DNA from: Callorhinchus milii
Lineage: Eukaryota
DNA: 64,000 nt
Reading direction: 5' to 3'
Assembly: GCF_018977255.1 (NCBI RefSeq)
Contig: NW_024704743.1
Coordinates: forward strand, 65,908,001 to 65,972,000
Below the pieces are notes generated by a model. The model worked only from the letters and a program-made list of their open reading frames with translations. It did not search any database and was not told the origin of the DNA. Below, piece by piece: positions 12,226-25,515 of the stretch (the stretch's first letter is position 1; the number at the start of each line of letters is the position of its first letter). The position numbers and the translations under genes are program-made.

Positions 12226-13484
12226 TGAATCAAAGATCAATTTAAATCTGTTGAGAATGTGTCAAGTGGGTCGTATTTATTAGAAAAGATTCCATATAGA
12301 AAAATACTGTATTTTGTATACTACGGATTTTCAAACCACCTGTATCTGAAAAGTCAGCAGTGTCTGTGGACAGAGGGAGAAACACCACTCTGCACATATC
12401 CACTGCCACTTTGAAGTGTTTTACAAAACGGTGGAAGAGAATGTCAGCCAGTATTAAATTAATTTCCAATACTACTTTCAAGGTGTTCTAAAGAATTAAT
12501 GTATTGGACATTATAATAATAATCCCTTCATTCATTATAATAATAATCCTTACATGTTTCACGTTGGGAGAACGTCTCAAAGTACTTCACAGGATATACA
12601 GTACTGTAAAGTGGAGCAACTGTGCATTATAACATTGCTTCATTATGGAAGAAAATATTTTTCACTGAAGAGTAAATCAACTACTGTATCATAATGATGC
12701 AGTATATATGTTGAGGAGCTTTATGCTGTGGCTGTCTATGCAATACCTGATCTGCAAGTATCCGACGCTGAATCTGAAATGGCAAAGCATTTCATTTCCT
12801 ATTGCACCCCCAAAAAACAAATACAACTCTATTTGCTTAAATGGGATTGCCATCTGTCCTGCTCTTTGTGATCGCAGATCTTACACCTATCATTGCGACT
12901 ATCATCACAAGTCTGCTGTTCCTTGATGTTGAGCGCTCTAATCACATGTCCTCAGTGAAAAGAAAACAAACCCTATGTTGGTTCTAGATGATTTTCCTAT
13001 TCAGTTGACGATGGCCAAAAAAGAATCTTGGATGGAGAAGATGGGGAATTCAAGTCTGTACACCCATATTAGAATATTGTAACAATTATAGCAGACACGG
13101 TGGCTGCCAAGATGATAATTCCCTAAGACTAAACAATTATCTGTTACCCAATAGTATTTAGAAATCTGCTTTATGATACCATTTGGACTAATTGCATTCC
13201 ACTTATAATTGCACTAAGCAGACGAATGAGTCATTTTTTCCAAGATCACTTACATAAAAAATGTTTTTGAATCAGATTACATGTGGTGAAACTATGAGAC
13301 AATCAGACCTCCCCGTAAAATACTATAAATCAGGACATATTCGTGGTTAATTTCAGTTTCTGATGTTTGCTTGGGAGCAGTTCCTCACAAATGTAATAAT
13401 AATAGTCCTAGCAATTGGTGCAGCACTTTATCACATACCTAAAGCATCTCTAGGGATTTAATGTACAGTCTATCAACGTATTTT

Positions 13485-14103
13485 TTTTGGTCAGCTGGTT
13501 GTCTGATACATGCAGAAATTCATCATCATGCATAAGACTATTCAAACCAAACTGAGAGTTCCAAGCATCTATGGAAATTCCAGAGATATTCATTGGAATG
13601 AAATGCGCGCTTTCTCCCTGGAAGGACGCATCCTGCTTATCTAATTACAGAGAGTATTAGGCACAGGTTCGCAAGAGCCAAGGCTCAGGGACTCCAGAGT
13701 GTGCATTGGAGTATTTCTGGATTGCAACCAGATAAAACTGCATAGATTGCCATTGTCCAGCTAGGTCCACCTTAGAGCTGTGCAGGGATTAACAGAGCTG
13801 AGTAGGAAGAGTCCCTGCCCCCAGTGACTGGCACTTCCAAGTCCTGCTGATAAGCCAGGCTGGCTGTGCCATGGAATACTGCGGACCCACTTGGCTCAGG
13901 AAATGGACTACGGAAACAACCACAGAGGGTTCAATTCCGACATTCCATGCCAAACATATCACTTTTGAGCCAGTTCAACTCCAAGGAGACCCCGCTTACT
14001 TTCCCCCTAAGGAGGATAGTCACAATCATTTGACATCTGGCAAGCACAGGTTTGTGCCCTCACTGGATGAATGACAAACCAGGAACTCCCTTTGTGCTTC
14101 CTG
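13485..14103 (-). repeat. Unclassified interspersed repeat, copy
   Basis: Reverse complement of ~43580-44275. Confidence 0.78.
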
Positions 14104-14104
14104 A

Positions 14105-14500
14105 CTGAAGCCAGTTCGGCACAGTTGGTAGCATTCTCGCTTCATAGTCAGAAGGTTGTTTGTTCAAACCTCATTTTGGGACTTAACTTGATAACTCTCC
14201 AGTGCAATACTGGGCAGTTCTGCTTTATCAGATGTATTGTCCTTTGCATGAGAGGTCAATTTGAGATCCTGTCTATTTATCCTTCAGGTGGATTTTGCAG
14301 TTCCTGTGGCACTTTTTGAAAAGAGACATGTTTTGGCCAACAATCCTTCAGATTAATTGTACATTCACCTTAAAGCTGTTTGTGGAACTTTGGTGTGCAC
14401 ATAATTGCTGCTGTGTTTGCATATAAATAGTCACCACACTTGACATCAATTACTTCAAACCATATTGAGATGTTTCAACATGACAAATCGTGATTAAGAA
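14105..14500 (+). mobile_element. Old Deu-SINE (family C)
   Basis: Degenerate head and Deu core. Confidence 0.65.
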
Positions 14501-15724
14501 TGTGCCTCATTATGTATTTGAGAGACAGGTGATGAATGAGCAATAATTTGGCGTAAAATTATCTACCTCCTCATTTATCTCACTGACAGCAGCAGTTCAG
14601 GCTGATGTTGTGCTTTGCTACATCTAACACAGGATAATAATAATATTAATCCTTACATTTGATATAGACATTATATCATTTAGACACCTTAAAGCTCTTT
14701 ACAGGCTATACTGTAAAGTGTGGTGACTGTATATATTTTGTGGGAAAAGTTATATTTCATAATTACAATGATCTTAGTTATAATATGCAATATTATATTG
14801 GAGTTCATAATACAATATAATATTACTTCTCCCTCAGCACTGTATTGGAGTGTCTGCCTATACTATGAACTCAAAGTCAGAGTCAGACCTTCACCGTTGT
14901 TGGATCCTTTCTAGTTTAAAAAACACTCCTTTTTTTACTCTGCTTAAATATTTCATGATTTTCTATTTTTTAGGTGAGTGGTAAAACTGTATCATGATAT
15001 TGCTGTACATACTGTACTTTTGTGCTGAGGAAAGCACCAAGATTACTGGCCTCAACATCATAAGAAAACTCACACCTGGGGCATTAACTGCCTTTTCTGC
15101 AGGGAATCTCCTGCAAAACACCAGTAAAATTCCCCCACAAATCACATAGTCACTTTACAACATATTCTGAGAAGGGCTTTGAGATGTACTCCTGATGTGA
15201 AAGGAACTATAGCAAAGGCAAGGATTATTATTATAAAGGTAACCGCTTTCCTCCAAAACACACTTTTTCAATCCGTTTGCATGCAACAGTGTGCGTGCAC
15301 GTGTGTGTGTGGAAGGCACGTACAAATTCAGTTAAACCAGTTAACACACCTCTTCAGAGCTTAATTTAAGTTTATTAAATAACCGCAAATCCAACAAAAG
15401 AAAGACAGTTTTCAACTACCAAGCACAAAAGTTTTTAACTCTTAGTCTACTCCACTGAAAAAAAGCACAGGCAAGAAAGGTTGTGTTTCAAGCATTGGAC
15501 TCTTTTAACCTTCTTCTTTGCTTGCAAAACTAAGATTTATTCATATACATTTGTAGTAGTAATACATGCAGTTGTGGGACATTTGTATTTAGTTTGTGAA
15601 AAAGTGTTTCCATGTAATAAACAACAACAACGTGAACTATTGAAGGCAGTTTATTGAATGGCTTGTGCATTTTACTAAACAAATTTCTCCCAACTTCCCC
15701 CTTGACAAGGGAGCAGACAGGAGA

Positions 15725-15960
15725 TCAGGGGGAATGTTTTTAAACAGAGAGTTGTAAGGATGTGGAATGCCTTGCTGGGTGTAATGGTTGAGGTGGGATC
15801 CTTATTAGCTTTCAAGAGGGACTTCGATAAACATCTAAAAAGGAATATGCTTCAGGGTTGTAGAGAAAAGGCAGGTATATGAGACTAAAGCCATTGTTCT
15901 TTCAAGGAGCCAGCTCAGACACAATGGCTGAATGGTCTTCTATGCTGTAAATTTCTGTGT
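15725..15960 (+). mobile_element. CR1 3' end fragment
   Basis: CAGAGAGTTGTAAGGATGTGGAATGC..TTCAAGAGGG..GGCTGAATGG, collinear with the other CR1 3' ends. Confidence 0.7.
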
Positions 15961-16959
15961 GTCAGTGGTAGTTGCACATTGTTCAGATTATATCTGAAGT
16001 GGTAACACAAAACTATTTGAGGTTTATGTATTTTAGACATGTTTTTAGTTTATTCTATTTATCTTTATCAGTTTCTTCCAACCTCTGCTCAGGCCAGTGT
16101 AAAAAGATCTCTTGAGTTAACTCCTCTGAGATGCCAAAGTTTAAGTCTTCCCCACAACTGGAAGCAGGTATTCATCCCATTCATCTCCTGTAAACCCTGC
16201 AAACCAAAGCCCTACCTAATAGGGTGGACCCAGCTGGACAATAACCTTGAAGCTTTTCAGACAGTACTTTCAATGTAAACCTACACATGTTTAACTGGTG
16301 AGACTCCAACAGTACTCCAACACACACTCTGGCTCTTGCCAAATTGTGGCTTAACACTCTCCAGAATTAGGTAGCAGGGTGTGCCCCTCGAGGGGAAGGA
16401 AAATGCACATTCTATTCCAGCCCGGGAGATTCTATGTGTAGGAGTCATACCGTAAAGGAGTCCTTTACTGATGCCCCACTTAATATCAGCTAACTCAGAA
16501 TAGAGGGATCAAACTCAAAACGTCTTGGGATGTATAGCTCAGTTTAGTCCCATTACTAGCTGAGGATTCCCCCCCGGCTTGAGCTCCCAATCAGCTGTAT
16601 GAAGTGCTTTGAGACGTCCTCCTAATGTGAAAGGTAATATATAATTATATGCTGTGGTTGTTGTTGAATGATCTGTGGAAATGCTCCCTCAAAACAAAAC
16701 AAAGAATTGAATCATTGAATAATTTGAAAATTGCCATGGCCATACCTGACAGAACTTCACCTGCCATCTCTGAAGCGAAGCAGCAATGGAGGGGTTTTAA
16801 ATATATATATCAAATAATAAAGAAGCACAATATGTTTGTGACACTTGTTTTTGTTAACTTATCTTTGCATCCTTTCTTTTCACATGCAATGGTCCATTAA
16901 GCATTTGCTGTTAAATCATTGATCAAAATCTTTTTTCTAAAAAAGAACTTGTATTTTTG

Positions 16960-17335
16960 TAGTGCTTAAAATTTGAAACTGCTGCATCGTATTTACTGTA
17001 GTATGCAAATATGCAGCAATTTTATATACAACAACATCCCACAAATAGCCATGATGCAAATGACTAAGCTTATCAGAAGGATTGTTGGCAAAAACATGTG
17101 GCCAGAAAACTAGGAGAGACTCCCTTTCCTTTTCAAATAGTGTCATGGGGTCTTCAAAATCCACCTGAAAAGGCAGGCTTGATATAACATCTCAATCAAA
17201 ACAACCTCTCTGACATTGCAGCATACCCAAATTTACTGTACTGTCAGCCTAGACTATTAACTTAGTTTCCAACATATATAAATGTTGAACCCACAACCTT
17301 CTGAACCTAAGGCAAGTGTTACAATCTAAGATAAG
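16960..17335 (-). mobile_element. Old Deu-SINE (family C)
   Basis: Degenerate Deu core and head. Confidence 0.65.
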
Positions 17336-19739
17336 CAATTATCTTTTCTAATTCAAAGAGTTGATTACTTTTAATAGTGTAAACTTAGTTTATAAGATTT
17401 ATTGGTACTTGGGGATTATTTTCATGGTTCAAAATAGACATATTCTAAATTCCAAGGTTTCTGGTCATTATGAATATCATTTGCTTGCCTTCAGCAAACT
17501 GTCCAATTCCATTCACTGTTAAAGTGAACAGACACAATCAGCCCTTGTGGTCAGAGTGAGATGAATCCATATTTGTGTCTCTGAACAGGTGAGTGTGAAT
17601 TCATTGGCAAATCCGATCAAATAGCCATTTTCAAAAGCGTTTGTGTTTTCTTTTAAAACAGCAGGTGATGTAAGCAGGTATAAAGTAGTCAAGAGCTGAG
17701 TGACATTGAGCTGAAAAATGCATCTGTGCAGTGAATTTTTTCACATTTTGTATTAAATAAACAAGAAAGGCAAAGGTACATTGTCTAAAGAATGTCTGGG
17801 AGTATGTTAATCATTATAGTACTATTCTGTCTGACTTTCATTTCTGAATAAAGGAGTGGTTGACAGAATCAGCGACAGAAGGTCAATGAGGTAACTTGGG
17901 AAATGGCAGCCAAAGATATACAATGCACAGTGGAAGTAAGTGGACATGAAACAAAGGAAAATCAGTAAGCCAATGCCCACCATGGGATTCAAGCTAATGT
18001 TTAGGGCGCAAAAGCCCAAAAGTCGAAACAGAACCTCTCACAATAGAATTGTGGAAAATACAATGAGCTCTTCAGTGACTGTACAGAAACATTTTAGCCC
18101 GAGTGCTGCTTTAATGAAACAAAATGATTCAACATTTAGATCTGATTTGCTATTCAGTTCACATGCACTGAGAGGACTTTTACTCAGGGCCTACAGAATG
18201 GGAATTATTAGGTTTCGTGTAAGGGAATTCCTCTGTGAAGGTCCATTGTGCTATCTTCCCAGCTGCTGAGCTTGGAGAAATATAACAAGCCTTTTCAGTG
18301 CAGCAATTAAAGACTGACTGTCACCAGGATGACATCACCCTTCTCACAAGCCCCAGGAGGCAATTTTGCAAGCACTGTGGAGCCAATGCTTTATATCACT
18401 GACAGATAAAATCTCAACATGTTGAGGTGACTGGGGGAATACACTTGCCAGAACCTGTTCACAAGGTATATTATCTGGTTTCCTGGAAGAATCATGCTTA
18501 TGTTTAATTTGTATTTTCTCATATGGAAGTTCTGGCTGAAATTCAGGTTGTGAACTGACTCCTGCTCTGAGCTCTGGCTGAACTTATGCACATCCAGACT
18601 TGGTACAACTCAGGGATTTAATGCACAGTGACAAGAAGCGGTGACTTTGGGTGTTTCTCAAACCATGAACAAATAATTCTGCGAATGATCTAATCATATA
18701 TCTATTAGCTGAATGTACAACATAAAGGCCCAGATGCTCCATTTTGTGTAAAAAAAGGGAGACAAAAACTAAACATTGATCTTTGTTAAAACTATCAAGA
18801 AATTAGTGCCCAGTATCCCAAAATATGAGAAAGGTAATGTTTGCTTGGATTGACAAATCAGCAAATCAGCCCTGAACCATCTGACCATCCAATAAAGCCT
18901 GAAAACATTTAAAAAGTATCTAAATGTTCTGCAGAGTTCAAAGGCAAAACTGCTGAATGTGTAAAAGTTTAGTGGAGAAGTGTTTGGGAACACCTCCTCC
19001 TGCCCCTCCTCATAGATTTAATGCAATGGTTCACTCCATAGCAGAAGGGTACCCGCTAATGTAGAAATCAATAATAATGTAGAATGAGCAAATAAAATGG
19101 ACATTCCATGAGGTGACAGCAAATATACCACAGCAATGATTTTCCATGAATCAAAATCATTGTGTCTCAATCATCATGACGGCTATCGTCAAAGGAAGCA
19201 TGTCATATAATTGGAGGGGCAGAAGACAACAGGTGATAGACCTGTCCCCAGATCAAACAATTATGGTATATGAGGAGACGCTACTAGACTTGTTTGGGGA
19301 TAAGATATTTGGGAAAAAAGTGCAACTCATACAATAACTTGCATTTATATAATGCCCTTCACTTAGGGTAACATCTTGGAGCACTTGACTATAACAGGGT
19401 TGGATGCCGAGCAAGGGAGAGGGGAGAGGGGAGATGGCAGTAGGCATATTCAAAAAATAGTAATTGAGGTGGGACTTGCAGAAAGAGAGAGGATGAGGTG
19501 GAATGGTAAAAGGAGGAGTTCCAGAGGTTAGAGGCATACGATCTGAAGGATCAGCCACTAATGATGGTGCAGAGAGGGTAGTGGATGTACAACAAGCCTG
19601 AGTTAACTGAGTGGAGAGGATAAGAAGAAAAGGGCAGGAAAAGACCGGAGAGATAAGGAGATGTTAAGGTTTGAATGGAATTGTAGGTGATGCTGTGGAC
19701 CTTAATATTGAGGACCAAAAATCAATGGTTTCTTATACC

Positions 19740-20590
19740 ATCTTCTATGACGAGTGAATTGAGCACCTGTTCTGTGACTGCCCTTTACCATTTGATGAGT
19801 CTTTTCAACTATGCAGTCACACAGTAGATTGGATATTGTAAAAGTCGTTTTTCTAGCTCCAGGGTTTTGCCATGCAGAAAGGAACATTACTCAGAGCACC
19901 ATAATCACCTGCATGAAACAGGCAAGTGATGCACTGTTCTGGAATGCTGGCAGATATAGCCATTTTTCCAGGGATCCTGGAAGACAGCTGGCCAGATAGA
20001 AACAGACCCTTGTTGCTTGCTTTCCCACGGTGCTTTGGTGGTGAGATGTTGGCATTGTCATGCAATCCAATGGTGTGCATCAAACCTCAAGGTTTCAATT
20101 TCTTCAATATAGAGGTAGTCTGTTATACAGAGCAAAACATCTCCTGGTGAAGTATAACATTGCAGAATGAATGCATGAATCATAAAACCATAAATTAGTT
20201 GTGGTTCTAGGTTCATTTGAATAAATTAACCAATTGCAAGATGGGTTTCTAGGAACCTGAGTATGTGTTGAAACTATGGCTATTGACGCTGTTAGCCAGG
20301 CCCCTAATGACAATATAGCATCTGTTGAACCAGGAGTATACAGCTATATGCAGCCTCATCAAATGATGCTTTGATCTATTAAAACAAAGGCTGCAGTATC
20401 CGGATCGGTCTGGTGGTGACTACAGGGTCTTGAAAGAGGAGTCAAAGTTGTTGGGCAGCTTCATAGTGCCGTATGATTCACTCCATAGTTATGACAAGGG
20501 ATTAGCAAGGGATTAGACCTGGACATCCCAGTGAAACACATGCATACAAATAAATGACAACAGAAGCTGAAAATCTCCAGACAGGGCTTC
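19740..20590 (+). mobile_element. PIF/Harbinger (HARBI1-like) transposase relic
   Basis: Collinear decayed motifs: ITQSTIITCMKQASDALF, AFPRCFG, KPQGFNFFNIEVVCY (cf. NRKGFHSINVQLVCD), YVLKLWLLT (cf. YPLKTWLMT), LLKQRLQYPDRSGG at 20376 (cf. LLKMRFRCLDRSGG). Confidence 0.75.
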
Positions 20591-21129
20591 TTCCATTACA
20601 AATATGGAGTTGGGGGTGGGGGGCGCGGGAGAGGGAGGAGGGGGGGATTTGCAATATTTCATAACTATCTTAACTATACATTACACTGAATCTGAAAAGA
20701 AACAATGAAATATCAGTAGATAATTAGCGCGTAATTTTAGGGCCGATCATGTTGGTTTAGTGACTTGCTCCATAATTGTTCGCTGGCATCTTTGATCTGG
20801 TTGAGCTGTTGAGCTGGAATAAATACAGCTTTACAACTCAGCAGCAGTAACTGAATGATGCTATACAGGATATTGGTCAGGAGCTAGCTTTTTGATGATC
20901 AAACACAATTTGACTATCGGCCTGGCTTGATTTGGTAGCACTTGCCTCTGAGTCAGAAAATGATTGGTTCAAGCTCAATATTGAAACTGACAAGAACTAT
21001 ACAATAAATAATAATAATAATAATCCTTACATTTGATATACCGTAAAGGGTAGGGCCTGTTTATGTTGTAGGTGAAACATGGCAGTGTACTTGAACACAG
21101 CTACATCCCACAAACAACTAAGAAGGGAA

Positions 21130-21430
21130 TAATTCTTACGTTTGGTATAGCGCCTTATCACATCATTGAGACGTCGCAAAGTGCTTCACAGAATATATTC
21201 TAAAGTGAATTGACTGTATATTTTTTGGGCAAAACGTGGCACGCAATTATGCACAGCAATGTCACACAGCAAGATCCCATAATTTGAGTGACCAAATTAT
21301 TATTAATTTATTTTGAATGGATTATTACCTCCAGAAAGCAAACCACCAATGGACTAACAATCGGTTTCCTACTTATTGCTTGGTAAACAGAGACGTGTGG
21401 AGTAAGGAAACTTGCCTAAGGTTTCGCCCT
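21130..21430 (-). mobile_element. SINE family B, 5'-truncated
   Basis: Contains the B-specific block. Confidence 0.8.
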
Positions 21431-22129
21431 GTGTATTAATAATCATACGTTGCACCTTTCACTTAAGAAAAAGACCCAAAGCATGGGGTTGGATCCAAAG
21501 CATATACCAAGTAAGGATGGTGTTGGGAGCTTTGTCATTTTGCGGTTTATAAAAATCAACAGTTATAGGTGGTGGGGTGCAGATGATTTCCACTCTGGCA
21601 AAAATTTGAAACATTTTTGGTGAGCTGGAACAAGCCGAGTGACATCAAAGAATACCCAGATTGCTTTCAATGAAGCAGCTTTTTTTTTAAGTTGACAGAG
21701 CTAGCTCATATATTAAAGTGAAAATGTTTTGTAAAACATAGCTTCTATTTTAGAACAAATAAATGTCATAAAAAGCTAAATTTTCTCAGAGCTGCTTCCT
21801 GTCTGGGATTCTTGCCAGAAGTACAAAATGCTTCTCAATACAAAGTGGCAGATACTATGATATTGTACCTACAACACTGTACTTAGTTTCAGCCCTGTGG
21901 CAGTCCGAGTACAAAATGCGTGCACCTATCCCCAGCTCGGGTGCCCAGGCACTAGTGTTAAATGGTTTAAGATGTCCTAACGATGTGAAAGCCACTATAT
22001 AACTGTAAATTGTATTGCAGTTGTATTGTATTACAACACCTGATGACTATAAAGAACACAAAGGTAAAGCATTCATGTTTGTAGCATTGGGTGAACACTG
22101 CTGGATATTAACCCCATTCTTGGTTTGGG

Positions 22130-23070
22130 GTCAGGCTGGCTCAGTTGTAACACTCTCGCCTCAGTCAGAAGATTGTGGGTTCATGCTCCTCGTCAGGACT
22201 TGGAACTCATATAGTCTAGGTTGACACTCCAATTGGTACTGAGGGTGTGCTGCCTGCATTGTTGGAGTTGTGATCCTAACAATAAAACTTTCATTTGGTA
22301 TAGTGCCTTTCACAAAAGAATGACGCTCACATCAGGAGGATGAGATATTAAACTGAGGACCCATTTGCCTGTTCAGGTGGACATTAAAGTTCCATACCAT
22401 TATTGGAAAAAAGAATGGAGTTTCTCCTGGTGTCCTAGCCGGCAATTCCCCAAAATAAAATTGGTCATTCACTCTATGGCTGTTTGTGTGACATGGCTGT
22501 GCACAAATTGGCTGCCCATCACCCATATCCAGTCACTACACTTTACAATAAAACCTGTGAAGCGTTTCATTACATCTTCCTGATGTGAAAAGCGCTATAC
22601 TCATGCAAGGTTTATTATTATCATGACCTTAACAACAACAACAACAACAACAAAATTACATTTATAAAGCGCCTTTCACGTTGGGAGGACGTCCCACCTT
22701 TGTTTTTATCTTTGCTGTTGGTAAGTAAGGTGTGTTCCTCCGAGGTAGGGAGTGCACATTCCATTCCAGATATGGAAATTTCCATACATAGGTGGCATAC
22801 ACAGAATTCTCATTATGGTTTGGATACCGGTATGTTAACCTGACACAATAGTAGGACTCTGAGTCAGAAGATTATGGATTCAAGCTCCAAGTCAGGACTT
22901 GGATTCACACAGTCTAAGTTGACACTCCAATGCAGTGCTGGGGGACTGTTTGCATTGTCAATGGTGCCATCCTTTGGATGAGATGTTAAATCAAAGTCCT
23001 GTCTGCCTGTTCAGGTGGATGTTAAAGATCCCATGGGACTGATCAAAGAGAGAAGGGAGTTTCTCCTAAT
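22130..23070 (+). mobile_element. Two old Deu-SINE copies (22130-22622 and 22840-23070) with intervening short insertions
   Basis: GAGTCAGAAGATT.TGG.TTCA heads; GGATGAGAT.TTAAA cores. Confidence 0.75.
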
Positions 23071-23154
23071 GTCCGTCTCCGTCCATACTTCACACCCACA
23101 GCAGCCGAAAGCTTTGTCCGTGCCTTTGTCATTTCCTGGCTGGACTTTTCAAAT

Positions 23155-23450
23155 AATAAGTAATAAATAATAATCCTTGCATTTGATATAGCTCTTTTCA
23201 CATCTTCTAGACATCTCAAAGCACTTCGCAGAAAATACTGTAAAGTGAATTGACTGTATATTTGTGGGCGAAACGTGGTAGCCAATTGCACACAGCAGTG
23301 TTCCACAAACAGTTGTGGATTGAAGTGACCAATTTTTTTTTCTTGAGGGATTATTATCAGGCATGTGGAATAAGAAAACTTGCCCAACGTTTCGCCCTGC
23401 CGAGAATCAAATTGTGAGGTTAGTGCTCTAACCACTGAGCTGCAGAACTC
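23155..23450 (-). mobile_element. SINE family A-like, older copy
   Basis: Head, body and tail recognisable. Confidence 0.85.
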
Positions 23451-23854
23451 CAAATGCACTCCTCACTGGTCTCCCCAGTTCCACTATACACAAAATTCAA
23501 TTAATTCAGAACTCCACCGCCCGGATACCCACCTGCACAAAATTCCATACCCCCCATCACACCAGTCCTTGCCAGTCTCCCAATTACCGAACATATCGAC
23601 TTCAAGATCCTCTCACTCGTTTTCAAATCCCTTCATAACTTTGCACTTCCCTACCGATTTGTTGTATGTGGGACATTGCTGTGAGCAAACTGGGGAGCAA
23701 AAGTTTAATAAAGTTCAATTGACTGGTCAGAGTGTACAATTTTCAAACTATTTTGTTATCCTCAGGGTTATTGTGCAGGAGAATGAGAAGGTTATATTTT
23801 CTTGTGATGTAATAAGTGAGGTAAAAGAGACATAGAGAGTGAACATTGCTTCTG

Positions 23855-24848
23855 AACAACAACAAGATTACATTTGTATAGCGCCTTTCAGGTCGGGAGG
23901 ACATCCCAAGGCGCTGGACAGTGTACAGCGTTTCAGACCTGAGCTGGGGTCAGGGGGGGAGAAGGGAGGGGAAGGGAAGGGGAGGTGGCCGATGACATGG
24001 TCGAAGAGGAGAGTTTTGAGGCGGGACGTGAAGTAGGCTAAGGAGGGGGCGAGGTGGAGTGATTGGGAGATGGAATTCCAGACATTGGGGGCAGAGTGGC
24101 TGAAGGCTCTCCCGCCAATGGTCGGGCGGGTGGGTCGGGGGAAGTGGAGTAGGCTGGAGCCAGCTGAGCAGAGGGAGCGGGTGTGTTGGTAGGGGGTTAG
24201 GAGGTCACAGAGGTAGGGTGGTGTGAGGCCATGGAGGGCTTTGTAGATGAGGACCAGGATCTTGAACTGGATCCTCTGAAGGAGAGGGAGCCAATGGAGT
24301 CGGGCAAGAGTGTGGGAAGATGGGGTCATGGAGTTTGGTGCGGGAGAGGACACGGGCTGTAGAGTTCTGGATTATCTGCAACCTGTGGAGGAGTAGTTGG
24401 GAAAACCGACAAGCAGGGCGTTTGCATAGTCGAGCCTGGAGCTGATGAAGGCATGAACAAGAGTTTCAGCGGCCTGAGGGTTGAGATAGTGGCGGAGTCG
24501 GGCGATGTTACGGATGTGAGGGAAGGCAGAGCAGGTCATGGCTTGGGTGTGGGGAAGAAAAGACAGTTGAGGATTGAACAAGACACCTAGGTTCCTGACT
24601 GGCTTGGTGAGTTGAAATGTGCAACCATGAAGGTTGAGTGTGAGCTGCTGAGGCGCTGGCGTGAGCCAATCAGTAGGGCCTCAGTCTTGTTCACATTCAA
24701 CTGTAGGAAATTTGCCCTCATCCAGGACTTGATGTCTGACAGACAGTCTGTCAGGACAGCAGTGGTCCTAGAGTTGAGGGTGGAGGCAGAAAGATAGAGT
24801 TGGGTGTCATCTGCATGCATGTGGAAGTTGACCCCATGTCTGCGGATG

Positions 24849-24883
<35 letters not shown>

Positions 24884-25515
24884 CCTTGCATTTGATATAG
24901 CGCTTTTCACGTCGGGAGGACGTCCCAAAGCGCTTCACAGAACACACTGTAAAGTGAATTGACTGTATATTTGTGGGCGAACGCGACAGCCAATTGCGCA
25001 CAGCAATGTCCCACAAACAGTCGTAGATTGAAAACGACCAATTTATTATTGTTTTTGGTTTTTTGAGGGATTATTATTAGGCTCTGTGTGGAGTAAGGAA
25101 ACTTCCCCAAGGTTTCGCCCTCTGCCTGGAATTGAACTCAGGTCTCTCGCTTGCAAAGCGAGTGCTCTAACCACTGAGCTACAGGACTCTATTGGTGATG
25201 TCACCAAGGCGGAGCATGTAGATATTAAAGAGGAGAGGGCCAAGGACAGAGCACTGGGGGACCCCAGACGTGACAGTGCGGGACTGGAGGAGAAACCGTT
25301 AGAGGCAACAAAGTGGAGACGGTGAGAGAGATAGGAATTGAACCAGGCAAGGGCAGATGCGTGAAAATTGAATAAAGTGGAAAGGCGGTGTATGATGATG
25401 GAGTCGTCGATAGTGTCGACGGCGGCAGAGAGGTTGAGGAGGATAAGGAGGCAGAGGGAGCCCTGAGCACAGATGTTCAGAATGTCATTAGTGACTTTGA
25501 CCAGGCAACAGAACA
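23855..25515 (-). mobile_element. L2 LINE 3' part (RT to tail), interrupted by a young SINE
   Basis: ORFs 25046-25516, 24587-24928, 24372-24581 and 23868-24353 carry LVKVTNDIL, HADDTQLY, SRLDYANALL and LHWLP; tail at 23855-23915. Confidence 0.93.
24848..25190 (-). mobile_element. SINE family A, full length, inserted in L2 RT
   Basis: Complete head-to-tail match with a long (ATT)n tail. Confidence 0.93.

Noticed and set aside
20608..20646. G-rich tract as a functional G-quadruplex
   Set aside because: G-runs are common in this window and nothing supports function.
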